Source of the DNA: Diplonema japonicum
Lineage: Eukaryota; Protista; Euglenozoa: Diplonemea
Direction: 5' to 3'
NCBI GenBank assembly: GCA_964019335.1
Contig: OZ025773.1
Coordinates: forward strand, 1-21,038
DNA: 21,038 nt
Shown: one piece after another, positions 9,397-21,038 of the stretch
How the letters are laid out: each line of letters starts with the position of its first letter
How positions within the stretch are numbered: the stretch's first letter is position 1
Translations under genes and position numbers: made by a program
Notes under the pieces: model-generated
The model's database searches: none
Told to the model about the DNA's origin: nothing
Seen by the model: only the letters and a program-made list of their open reading frames with translations

Positions 9397-12300
9397 ATAC
9401 TACTGATAGTACTATGGATATACTACTGATAGTACTGGTAGCACTACATGCATTGGCATGAGTACTTACCATTGTACTTACTACAGGATATCCTATTGAT
9501 AGTACTACGGATGTACTTCCCTAGAGAGCACACCATCATCCTCATGACTAGGATATGGTATGAGATACTCTCTGTAGTACTGGTGGTATTCCCCACAGGC
9601 ATTGTTGCCTAGGATGTACACCACCACCATTCCCTTCTCTAGGGATAATGGAGTAGCTACAGTATGAGGTACATGGTTGGTAGAGTATACCGCCACCATC
9701 CTCATGACTAGGATATGAGGTACATGGTTACTAGAGTATACTGCCAGCATACTCTGTAGATGGTATGGCTAGAGAGCACAGCTGCTCTTCTAGTAGATAA
9801 TACCTCTACTCTGTACATCCCATGATCCATGCATGACATGATCTATGGTAATGATACCGTTAGTGGTATGCTCCATGATGTCATGGCTAGAGAGATGGTA
9901 TGTTCTCCCACTCTCTGGATATGCTGGCATCCTTAGGATGTACCATCATGCCATGATATGATAATACTACTACTATGATAAGTAGGCATACACACTGTGT
10001 TAGTGCTAGTACATGTATATCATATACTGTATGTACTACTACACAGAGTACTTACATGATAAGTAGTATGCTGGTATCTCTACAGACACTCTCAGGATGT
10101 GGTGGTGTCTAGAGATGGTGGTCCAAGCTAGGGATCCTGGGATCTAGAGGTTGGGTCTCCACCCCTGGGATCCTGGGATCTAGAGAAGGGGTCCCCATCC
10201 CCAGGATGATGTCATGAGGGGATGAGTAGGGTTATGATACCATTAATACAGTTAGTACATCACTATGTAATACTAGTATTATGCATGTACATATATCCTC
10301 CGTATGCATGGGATAGATATATGATACATACACAGTACTTACATAGTATGTAATGATAGTATTATAGTTATCTCTACAGACACTCTCAGGATGTGGTGGT
10401 GTCTAGAGATGGTATCCAAGCTAGGGATCCTGGGATCTAGAGGTTGGGTCTCCACCCCTGGGATCCTGGGATCTAGAGAAGGGGTCCCCATCCCCAGGAT
10501 GATGTCATGAGGGGATGAGTAGGGTTATGATACCATTAATACAGTTAGTACATCATTATGTAATACTAGTATTATGCATGTACATATATCCCCGTATACA
10601 TGGGATAGATATATGATACATACACAGTACTTACATAGTATGTAATGATAGTATTATAGGTGGTAATAGGAGGGTATATTGAGGGGTCCCAAAGGGGCTG
10701 GATAAGGGGGCATGCTAGGGGTTTACGTCCCTGTAGCCCTCCGATTCCTGAACCCCTTCAGGGCTGTATCGGGTGAATTCGTAGAATTACCCCGTAGGAG
10801 CCCTGGAATGGTTTACGTCCCTGTAGCCCTCCAATATTGGGACACCTCTCTGGGCTCCTACGGGTGATTTCTGCAAATTAACCCGCTACGTCCCAGAGAA
10901 TATCTACGTCCCTGTAGCCCTCCAATTCCTGAAACCCTTGTGGGACACTACGTAAGAATTATGCAAATTACCTCGCTATATCCCCCACGCGCGCGCGCGC
11001 GCGTAAGGATAACTGTTAGGATAGTAAGGTGCCCCCCAAGGTGTCCCCAAAGGGGTAGGGTATAGGACCCCCAATATAAGGGGGGGTACAGAGAGGGGTT
11101 AGTACCAGTGGTTAGACAAGGGGTTAGTTAGTAGACAGTGTGTAGGGGCTAATACCATAGTATACAAGGGATAATGTACTACCCCATACCAGTGGTTACA
11201 TACTCTCTGCTAACAGTGTGTGTCCCTGGTAACAGTGTGTGTCTCTGCTAACAGGTACTTACTACAGGCCCCCAGACGTGCCCTGCTATGGAATCCCCTG
11301 TTATGAGATACCACCACCAGACACCCTACTTGTGCTACCCCCAGAGAACACACCCTTCTGCTGGTGTTCCTGTTAGTTGGTGTTATCCCCAGATGTATAG
11401 CTACACCCTTCTGGAGCACTGCTTGTGCTACTACATGTATTACTACACACTGTCTGTGTTACTCTCTGTGTTAGTGTGTAGTGTGTTACTGTACTTAGCT
11501 AAACAGTGTGCTTCCTCTTGTATGTTATGGATATCAGTACCTCTGGATGTACTCCCCACAGGCCTCCGTACCTCTGCTAACAGGTCCTAGCATCCCTAAT
11601 CCCAGGATCTAAGGGTTCCAAGGGGTCCCAATCTAGGGGTTTACGTCCCTGTAGCTATGCAATTCCTGAAACCCTTGTGGGACACTACGGATGAATTCGT
11701 AGAATTACCCCGCTATATCCCCCACGCGCGCGCGCGCGCGTAAGGACATGAGTCCATATACAGGTCTCTACATCCTAATCCCCAGGTTAAAGCACCCTTT
11801 CTAAGGATACCTCTGTACAGCACACCCGTTATCAGGGGTTACACACTGTCTGCTGTTCTCTGATAATGTGTAGTTACTGTACTTACTGTTATCCCATGCA
11901 TACTGTGGTATTACGTACTTCACACTGTCTATGTTCCTGTGTTATGGTACTTAGCTAAACAGTGTGTCTGTACTACTACCTGTATATGCTCCCCACAGGT
12001 ATCCCCAGATGTATAGCCACACCCTTATGGGATGATGTACTTACTATTAACATGTACTTCCATAGTTACTTACTTAGATACACTGTGTGAATACTGGTGC
12101 AACAACATATTCACTGTGTTACACTGTCTGTACTAATGGTAGCACTACATGTCCCTAATACTACAGTATACAAGGGATAATGTACTACCTACATATTACT
12201 AGATATACCCTGTACACCTAGATACCCCTTTTAGGCCTGAAATGAGGTCCGAGGCTCACCGGGCCTTTTCCCAAAAAGGGGATATCATTTCTCAGAATTG

Positions 12301-14500
12301 GTCTGGGACCATTCCCTTGAGTCTTCGAATAGAATGAGGTACCTACCAATAAAGTGGTATTTTGGGTATGCCCATAATCACCCCATATGACCTATCCTCT
12401 AGACACCCTATTATCTATGGTAGCACTACATGCCTCCATTGTGCTCTATGCACTACATACTATGTATTCCCTACGTACATACAGTATGTATTGGTGTGCA
12501 TGATATGGTATACAGTACATGGCACTGCATCCTGTGCATTGGTGCCATTGCCTGTGCTACTAGATATACCCCTGTTCCTATCCCCGTATTTCTCCAGATT
12601 AGTGGTTTATTAGTTCTCATGATTCCACTACTTCTGGTATTCCCTCTCTGCACACCTCTGTACTACTGACAGCACTAGATATCATAGTTAGCACAGTATG
12701 TATCCCCTGTGCTCTATGCACTACATACTATGTATTCTCTATGTACATACAGTATGTATTGGTGTGCATGATATCATATACAGTACATGGCACCACCACA
12801 GCTACTGGTGGTATTACCTGTGCTAGCTGGAGATGGTGTAGTTCCATACTCCTGGTATTCTCTGAGTTAGTACTTCTAGTATTCCACAGGTTCCTCCACT
12901 CTCAGGATACCTGTGCTACTGATATCATACTATGTACTAGCCATGATACCTATGACAGTACTACATGCATCCATTGCACATGTAGCACTACACAGGATAT
13001 ATGCTCATGCATACTGTGTGTGTACTGGTGGTAGGATATGCTCTATGCCACACACTCAGTGTATTGGTGGCATTACCTGTGTTAGTACTTCTAGTATTCC
13101 ACTGGTTCCATACTCCTGTGTTCTCAGGGAATGGTGCCACTAGATATCTACTGCACAGCTAACATGGCATCTCCTTCTGTACTATGCCATGGTATGTACT
13201 ACAGGATGTACTACATGCATCCATTGCACATGTAGCACTACACAGGATATATGCTCATGCATACTGTGTGTATTGGTGTGCATGATATCATATACAGTAC
13301 ATGGCACCACCACAGCTACTGGTGGTATTACCTGTGCTACCAGGGATGTACTACTTCTGGTATTCCCAAGTTAGTGGTTCTCCTGATTCCACTGCTTCTC
13401 TGGGATCACTACCCTTCTAAGGATACCTCTGTACTACTGACAGCACTAGATATCATAGTTAGCACAGTATGTATCCCCTGTGCTCTATGCACTGCACAGT
13501 ACGTATTCCCTATGTACATACAGTATGTATTGGTGTGCATGATATGGTATACAGTACATGGCACTGCATCCTGTGCATTGGTGCCATTGCCTGTGCTACT
13601 AGGATATGACGTACTTTCCTAGTTCCATACTCCTGGTATTCTCTGAGTTAGTACTTTCCCTAACTTAGGGTTACCACTACTCTCAGGATACCTCTGTACT
13701 ACTCCTAGCACTAGATATCATAGTTAGCACAGTATGTATCCCCTGTGCTCTATGCACTACATACTATGTATTCCCTATGTACATACAGTATGTATTGGTG
13801 TGCATGATATCATATACAGTACATGGCACCACCACAGCTACTGGTGGTATTACCTGTGCTAGCTGGAGATGGTGTAGTTCCATACTCCTGGTATTCTCTG
13901 AGTTAGTACTTCTAGTATTCCACAGGTTCCTCCACTCTCAGGATACCTGTGCTACTGATATCATACTATGTACTAGCCATGATACCTATGACAGTACTAC
14001 ATGCATCCATTGCACATGTAGCACTACACAGGATATATGCTCATGCATACTGTGTGTGTACTGGTGGTAGGATATGCTCTATGCCACACACTCAGTGTAT
14101 TGGTGGCATTACCTGTGTTAGTACTCCTGGTATTCCACTGGTTCCATACTCCTGTGTTCTCAGGGAATGGTGCCACTAGATATCTACTGCACAGCTAACA
14201 TGGCATCTCCTTCTGTACTATGCCATGGTATGTACTACAGGATGTACTACTGATATCATACTATCTGTATTGGGGATACATCCTCTGTGTGTCTGCCCAT
14301 ACTTAGGATAGTATTGCTTAGAGGTATTCATGCTTAGTTAGTATCCTTACCAGCATGTTCTCCTCATTATGAGGTACATGGTTGGTAGAGTATACCGCCA
14401 CCATCCTCATGAGATGGTATGGCTAGAGAGCACACCATCATCCTTGGGATGCATTGGTGTCTGTACTCCTAGGATATACATGCCTGTACTCTCTGTACTA

Positions 14501-14899
14501 CTGATAGCACTACATGCATTACCTGTGCTAGCTAGGAATGGTATGAGTACTTACCACTGTACTTACTGATAGTATGACAGTACTGATACTGGTGGTATCA
14601 TATCTACTGGTGATACTACTGATCAATGCAGCCCATGCCTTCGTAGCACTGTGCATGGCTAGCTATACTCGTAGTGCTAGTGCATTGGCCCACATGTACT
14701 TAGGATATGGTCTTCCTGCCATCCTACGTATTGTACTGGGCTGTATAGAGATGGCATCTACGTCCTTCCGTAGTGTCTCTCTTACTCTACGTGCAGCCTG
14801 CAATGCCATTGCTGGTCATGTGCTGGTAGGAGTGCTGCTAGAGATGACCATCGTAGCTGATAGCACTACATGCATTACCTGTGCTAGCTAGGAATGGTA
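14501..14899 (+). repeat. 43-bp direct repeat bracketing the atp6 cassette (14501-14543 and 14857-14899)
   Basis: ctgatagcactacatgcattacctgtgctagctaggaatggta occurs on both sides. Confidence 0.92.
14574..14855 (+). CDS. atp6: Gene fragment (module): internal part of ATP synthase F0 subunit a; ends approximate
   Basis: ALAHMYLGYGLPAILRIVLGCIEMASTSFRSVSLTLRAACNAIAGHVLVGVLLEM matches the subunit-a pattern LAH...G.P..L..+L..IE..S...R.+SL..RL..N..AGH+L, including the essential Arg (CGT at 14790-14792). The last transmembrane helix is missing. The ORF tail (DSTTCITCAS) is a flanking direct repeat starting at 14857. Confidence 0.93.
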
Positions 14900-14937
14900 C
14901 GGGTACATTCTACTAGCATTACTACAGGATGTACTAC

Positions 14938-15387
14938 TACTGATAGTACTGGTAGCACTACATGCATTGGCATGAGTACTTACCATTGTACTTACTACAG
15001 TATGTATGAGAGCAGCTGTGCTCTCTGAGTATTGCTAGCATGACATACTCTGTATTACAGCTGTGTGTTGTCTCTGGTACACAGGCTGATAGCATGGACA
15101 GAGTACTGATGAGGATACTAGAGAGCATAGTTAGTGCATCCCTCTGCTCACAGCTATGCACAGCAGCTCTGCGTACGTCAGTAGCATCAGCACAGGCTCA
15201 CAGGACGTCTGTGTCCTGCACTAGCCTCTCTGCTTAGCTATGGATCTACTGATAGTACTGGTAGCACTACATGCATTGGCATGAGTACTTACCACTGTAC
15301 TTACTACTGGATATACTACTACTGATAGTACTGGTAGCACTACATGCATTGGCATGAGTACTTACCATTGTACTTACTACAGGATAT
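14938..15387 (+). repeat. ~60-bp cassette-flanking repeat, three copies around nad7 (14938-15000, 15247-15307, 15320-15387)
   Basis: tactgatagtactggtagcactacatgcattggcatgagtacttacca(t/c)tgtacttactac; this is the same core as the cox3 flanks. Confidence 0.9.
15001..15234 (+). CDS. nad7: Gene fragment (module): internal part of NADH dehydrogenase subunit 7 (49-kDa/NuoD); ends approximate
   Basis: With TGA=Trp (15007): YVWEQLCSLSIASMTYSVLQLCVVSGTQADSMDRVLMRILESIVSASLCSQLCTAALRTSVASAQAHRTSVSCTSLSA. GTQADSMDRVLMRILESIVSASLCSQ aligns by eye to the NAD7 motif GT.GDCYDRYL.R.EEM..S..I..Q, with an upstream W and Y at about the expected spacing. In-frame TAG at 15235-15237 probably lies outside the module. 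Confidence 0.8.
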
Positions 15388-18300
15388 CCTATTGATAGTA
15401 CTACGGATGTACTTCCCTAGAGAGAGCACACCATCATCCTCATGACTAGGATATGGTATGAGATACTCTCTGTAGTACTGGTGGTATTCCCACAGGCATT
15501 GTTGCCTAGGATGTACACCACCACGCCATCCCTAGAACAGGGATAATGGAGTAGCTACAGTATGAGGTACATGGTTGGTAGAGTATACCGCCACCATCCT
15601 CATGACTAGGATATGAGGTACATGGTTACTAGAGTATACTGCCAGCATACTCTGTAGATGGTATGGCTAGAGAGCACAGCTGCTCTTCTAGTAGATAATA
15701 CCTCTACTCTGTACATCCCATGATCCATGCATGACATGATCTATGGTAATGATACCGTTAGTGGTATGCTCCATGATGTCATGGCTAGAGAGATGGTGTG
15801 TTCTCCCACTCTCTGGATATGCTGGCATCCTTAGGATGTACCATCATGCCATGATATGATAATACTACTACTATGATAAGTAGGCATACACACTGTGTTA
15901 GTGCTAGTACATGTATATCATATACTGTATGTACTACTACACAGAGTACTTACATGATAAGTAGTATGCTGGTATCTCTACAGACACTCTCAGGATGTAG
16001 TGGTGTCTAGAGATGGTGGTCCAAGCTAGGGATCCTGGGATCTAGAGGTTGGGTCTCCACCCCTGGGATCCTGGGATCTAGAGAAGGGGTCCCCATCCCC
16101 AGGATGATGTCATGAGGGGATGAGTAGGGTTATGATACCATTAATACAGTTAGTACATCATTATGTAATACTAGTATTATGCATGTACATATATCCCCGT
16201 ATACATGGGATAGATATATGATACATACACAGTACTTACATAGTATGTAATGATAGTATTATAGGTGGTAATAGGAGGGTATATTGAGGGGTCCCAAAGG
16301 GGCTGGATAAGGGGGCATGCTAGGGGTTTACGTCCCTGTAGCCCTCCGATTCCTGAACCCCTTCAGGGCTGTATCGGGTGAATTCGTAGAATTACCCCGT
16401 AGGAGCCCTGGAATGGTTTACGTCCCTGTAGCCCTCCAATATTGGGACACCTCTCTGGGCTCCTACGGGTGATTTCTGCAAATTAACCCGCTACGTCCCA
16501 GAGAATATCTACGTCCCTGTAGCCCTCCAATTCCTGAAACCCTTGTGGGACACTACGTAAGAATTATGCAAATTACCTCGCTATATCCCCCACGCGCGCG
16601 CGCGCGCGTAAGGATAACTGTTAGGATAGTAAGGTGCCCCCCAAGGTGTCCCCAAAGGGGTAGGGTATAGGACCCCCAATATAAGGGGGGGTACAGAGAG
16701 GGGTTAGTACCAGTGGTTAGACAAGGGGTTAGTTAGTAGACAGTGTGTAGGGGCTAATACCATAGTATACAAGGGATAATGTACTACCCCATACCAGTGG
16801 TTACATACTCTCTGCTAACAGTGTGTGTCCCTGGTAACAGTGTGTGTCTCTGCTAACAGGTACTTACTACAGGCCCCCAGACGTGCCCTGCTATGGAATC
16901 CCCTGTTATGAGATACCACCACCAGACACCCTACTTGTGCTACCCCCAGAGAACACACCCTTCTGCTGGTGTTCCTGTTAGTTGGTGTTATCCCCAGATG
17001 TATAGCTACACCCTTCTGGAGCACTGCTTGTGCTACTACATGTATTACTACACACTGTCTGTGTTACTCTCTGTGTTAGTGTGTAGTGTGTTACTGTACT
17101 TAGCTAAACAGTGTGCTTCCTCTTGTATGTTATGGATATCAGTACCTCTGGATGTACTCCCCACAGGCCTCCGTACCTCTGCTAACAGGTCCTAGCATCC
17201 CTAATCCCAGGATCTAAGGGTTCCAAGGGGTCCCAATCTAGGGGTTTACGTCCCTGTAGCTATGCAATTCCTGAAACCCTTGTGGGACACTACGGATGAA
17301 TTCGTAGAATTACCCCGCTATATCCCCCACGCGCGCGCGCGCGCGTAAGGACATGAGTCCATATACAGGTCTCTACATCCTAATCCCCAGGTTAAAGCAC
17401 CCTTTCTAAGGATACCTCTGTACAGCACACCCGTTATCAGGGGTTACACACTGTCTGCTGTTCTCTGATAATGTGTAGTTACTGTACTTACTGTTATCCC
17501 ATGCATACTGTGGTATTACGTACTTCACACTGTCTATGTTCCTGTGTTATGGTACTTAGCTAAACAGTGTGTCTGTACTACTACCTGTATATGCTCCCCA
17601 CAGGTATCCCCAGATGTATAGCCACACCCTTATGGGATGATGTACTTACTATTAACATGTACTTCCATAGTTACTTACTTAGATACACTGTGTGAATACT
17701 GGTGCAACAACATATTCACTGTGTTACACTGTCTGTACTAATGGTAGCACTACATGTCCCTAATACTACAGTATACAAGGGATAATGTACTACCTACATA
17801 TTACTAGATATACCCTGTACACCTAGATACCCCTTTTAGGCCTGAAATGAGGTCCGAGGCTCACCGGGCCTTTTCCCAAAAAGGGGATATCATTTCTCAG
17901 AATTGGTCTGGGACCATTCCCTTGAGTCTTCGAATAGAATGAGGTACCTACCAATAAAGTGGTATTTTGGGTATGCCCATAATCACCCCATATGACCTAT
18001 CCTCTAGACACCCTATTATCTATGGTAGCACTACATGCCTCCATTGTGCTCTATGCACTACATACTATGTATTCCCTACGTACATACAGTATGTATTGGT
18101 GTGCATGATATGGTATACAGTACATGGCACTGCATCCTGTGCATTGGTGCCATTGCCTGTGCTACTAGATATACCCCTGTTCCTATCCCCGTATTTCTCC
18201 AGATTAGTGGTTTATTAGTTCTCATGATTCCACTACTTCTGGTATTCCCTCTCTGCACACCTCTGTACTACTGACAGCACTAGATATCATAGTTAGCACA

Positions 18301-20178
18301 GTATGTATCCCCTGTGCTCTATGCACTACATACTATGTATTCTCTATGTACATACAGTATGTATTGGTGTGCATGATATCATATACAGTACATGGCACCA
18401 CCACAGCTACTGGTGGTATTACCTGTGCTAGCTGGAGATGGTGTAGTTCCATACTCCTGGTATTCTCTGAGTTAGTACTTCTAGTATTCCACAGGTTCCT
18501 CCACTCTCAGGATACCTGTGCTACTGATATCATACTATGTACTAGCCATGATACCTATGACAGTACTACATGCATCCATTGCACATGTAGCACTACACAG
18601 GATATATGCTCATGCATACTGTGTGTGTACTGGTGGTAGGATATGCTCTATGCCACACACTCAGTGTATTGGTGGCATTACCTGTGTTAGTACTTCTAGT
18701 ATTCCACTGGTTCCATACTCCTGTGTTCTCAGGGAATGGTGCCACTAGATATCTACTGCACAGCTAACATGGCATCTCCTTCTGTACTATGCCATGGTAT
18801 GTACTACAGGATGTACTACATGCATCCATTGCACATGTAGCACTACACAGGATATATGCTCATGCATACTGTGTGTATTGGTGTGCATGATATCATATAC
18901 AGTACATGGCACCACCACAGCTACTGGTGGTATTACCTGTGCTACCAGGGATGTACTACTTCTGGTATTCCCAAGTTAGTGGTTCTCCTGATTCCACTGC
19001 TTCTCTGGGATCACTACCCTTCTAAGGATACCTCTGTACTACTGACAGCACTAGATATCATAGTTAGCACAGTATGTATCCCCTGTGCTCTATGCACTGC
19101 ACAGTACGTATTCCCTATGTACATACAGTATGTATTGGTGTGCATGATATGGTATACAGTACATGGCACTGCATCCTGTGCATTGGTGCCATTGCCTGTG
19201 CTACTAGGATATGACGTACTTTCCTAGTTCCATACTCCTGGTATTCTCTGAGTTAGTACTTTCCCTAACTTAGGGTTACCACTACTCTCAGGATACCTCT
19301 GTACTACTCCTAGCACTAGATATCATAGTTAGCACAGTATGTATCCCCTGTGCTCTATGCACTACATACTATGTATTCCCTATGTACATACAGTATGTAT
19401 TGGTGTGCATGATATCATATACAGTACATGGCACCACCACAGCTACTGGTGGTATTACCTGTGCTAGCTGGAGATGGTGTAGTTCCATACTCCTGGTATT
19501 CTCTGAGTTAGTACTTCTAGTATTCCACAGGTTCCTCCACTCTCAGGATACCTGTGCTACTGATATCATACTATGTACTAGCCATGATACCTATGACAGT
19601 ACTACATGCATCCATTGCACATGTAGCACTACACAGGATATATGCTCATGCATACTGTGTGTGTACTGGTGGTAGGATATGCTCTATGCCACACACTCAG
19701 TGTATTGGTGGCATTACCTGTGTTAGTACTCCTGGTATTCCACTGGTTCCATACTCCTGTGTTCTCAGGGAATGGTGCCACTAGATATCTACTGCACAGC
19801 TAACATGGCATCTCCTTCTGTACTATGCCATGGTATGTACTACAGGATGTACTACTGATATCATACTATCTGTATTGGGGATACATCCTCTGTGTGTCTG
19901 CCCATACTTAGGATAGTATTGCTTAGAGGTATTCATGCTTAGTTAGTATCCTTACCAGCATGTTCTCCTCATTATGAGGTACATGGTTGGTAGAGTATAC
20001 CGCCACCATCCTCATGAGATGGTATGGCTAGAGAGCACACCATCATCCTTGGGATGCATTGGTGTCTGTACTCCTAGGATATACATGCCTGTACTCTCTG
20101 TACTACTGATAGCACTACATGCATTACCTGTGCTAGCTAGGAATGGTATGAGTACTTACCACTGTACTTACTGATAGT

Positions 20179-20460
20179 ATGACAGTACTGATACTGGTGG
20201 TATCATATCTACTGGTGATACTACTGATCAATGCAGCCCATGCCTTCGTAGCACTGTGCATGGCTAGCTATACTCGTAGTGCTAGTGCATTGGCCCACAT
20301 GTACTTAGGATATGGTCTTCCTGCCATCCTACGTATTGTACTGGGCTGTATAGAGATGGCATCTACGTCCTTCCGTAGTGTCTCTCTTACTCTACGTGCA
20401 GCCTGCAATGCCATTGCTGGTCATGTGCTGGTAGGAGTGCTGCTAGAGATGACCATCGTA
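20179..20460 (+). CDS. atp6: Second copy of the atp6 internal module
   Basis: Same as 14574-14855 at +5605; identical translation in the ORF track. Confidence 0.93.
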
Positions 20461-20605
20461 GCTGATAGCACTACATGCATTACCTGTGCTAGCTAGGAAT
20501 GGTACGGGTACATTCTACTAGCATTACTACAGGATGTACTACTACTGATAGTACTGGTAGCACTACATGCATTGGCATGAGTACTTACCATTGTACTTAC
20601 TACAG

Positions 20606-20839
20606 TATGTATGAGAGCAGCTGTGCTCTCTGAGTATTGCTAGCATGACATACTCTGTATTACAGCTGTGTGTTGTCTCTGGTACACAGGCTGATAGCAT
20701 GGACAGAGTACTGATGAGGATACTAGAGAGCATAGTTAGTGCATCCCTCTGCTCACAGCTATGCACAGCAGCTCTGCGTACGTCAGTAGCATCAGCACAG
20801 GCTCACAGGACGTCTGTGTCCTGCACTAGCCTCTCTGCT
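20606..20839 (+). CDS. nad7: Second copy of the nad7 internal module
   Basis: Same as 15001-15234 at +5605. Confidence 0.8.
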
Positions 20840-21038
20840 TAGCTATGGATCTACTGATAGTACTGGTAGCACTACATGCATTGGCATGAGTACTTACCAC
20901 TGTACTTACTACTGGATATACTACTACTGATAGTACTGGTAGCACTACATGCATTGGCATGAGTACTTACCATTGTACTTACTACAGGATATCCTATTGA
21001 TAGTACTACGGATGTACTTCCCTAGAGAGAGCACACCA

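Larger units (their letters stand above)
5517..11033. repeat. Type A chromosome unit, copy 2; the last ~450-600 bp carry type B variants
   Basis: Matches copy 1 up to at least ~10416. From ~10589 it shows type B alleles: tatccccgt versus tatcccccgt, gtcccaaaggggctgg versus gtcccagaagggctgg, and gccccccaag versus gccccaag. Confidence 0.85.
11034..16638. repeat. Type B chromosome unit, copy 1 (probable 5605-bp circle: constant region plus atp6 and nad7 cassettes)
   Basis: ORFs recur with an exact +5605 offset (e.g. 11210/16815 and 14574/20179). The constant region is nearly identical to type A, but the cassette zone (~14500-15320) is different. Confidence 0.9.
16639..21038. repeat. Type B chromosome unit, copy 2 (truncated by the window end at the equivalent of position 15433)
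   Basis: Same ORF set as 11034-15433 at +5605. Confidence 0.9.

Noticed and set aside
14574-14891. Treating the 105-aa ORF as a complete gene and assigning module numbers or a species
   Set aside because: The ORF stop lies in a flank repeat and the ATG may be fortuitous. Module numbering and species need database comparison that could not be run.
1-21038. Satellite DNA, transposon, plasmid or viral tandem array
   Set aside because: No transposase, RT, Rep or capsid ORF is present, and the variable zone encodes respiratory-chain and ATP synthase fragments. A nuclear insertion of mtDNA cannot be fully excluded from this window alone.
1-21038. tRNA or rRNA genes
   Set aside because: No cloverleaf or conserved rRNA motif was recognised by eye. 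Diplonemid mtDNA is known to lack tRNA genes.

Overview
This window is not prokaryotic. It reads as diplonemid-type (Euglenozoa) multipartite mitochondrial DNA. It contains two different ~5.5-kb chromosomes of the same class, each present about 1.9 times head-to-tail: type A (period 5516 bp, ~1-10500) and type B (period 5605 bp, ~10500-21038). Most of each unit is a shared, repeat-rich non-coding constant region. A short variable zone carries two gene fragments (modules) per chromosome, all on the + strand and read with TGA=Trp. Type A carries a C-terminal nad1 fragment and a C-terminal cox3 fragment; both are missed by the supplied ORF track because of in-frame TGA. Type B carries an internal atp6 fragment and an internal nad7 fragment. 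The modules are bracketed by direct repeats. Fragmented genes joined by RNA trans-splicing are established for diplonemids. The species, chromosome class and exact module ends cannot be determined without database or RNA data. Almost all other listed ORFs are spurious products of the repeats.
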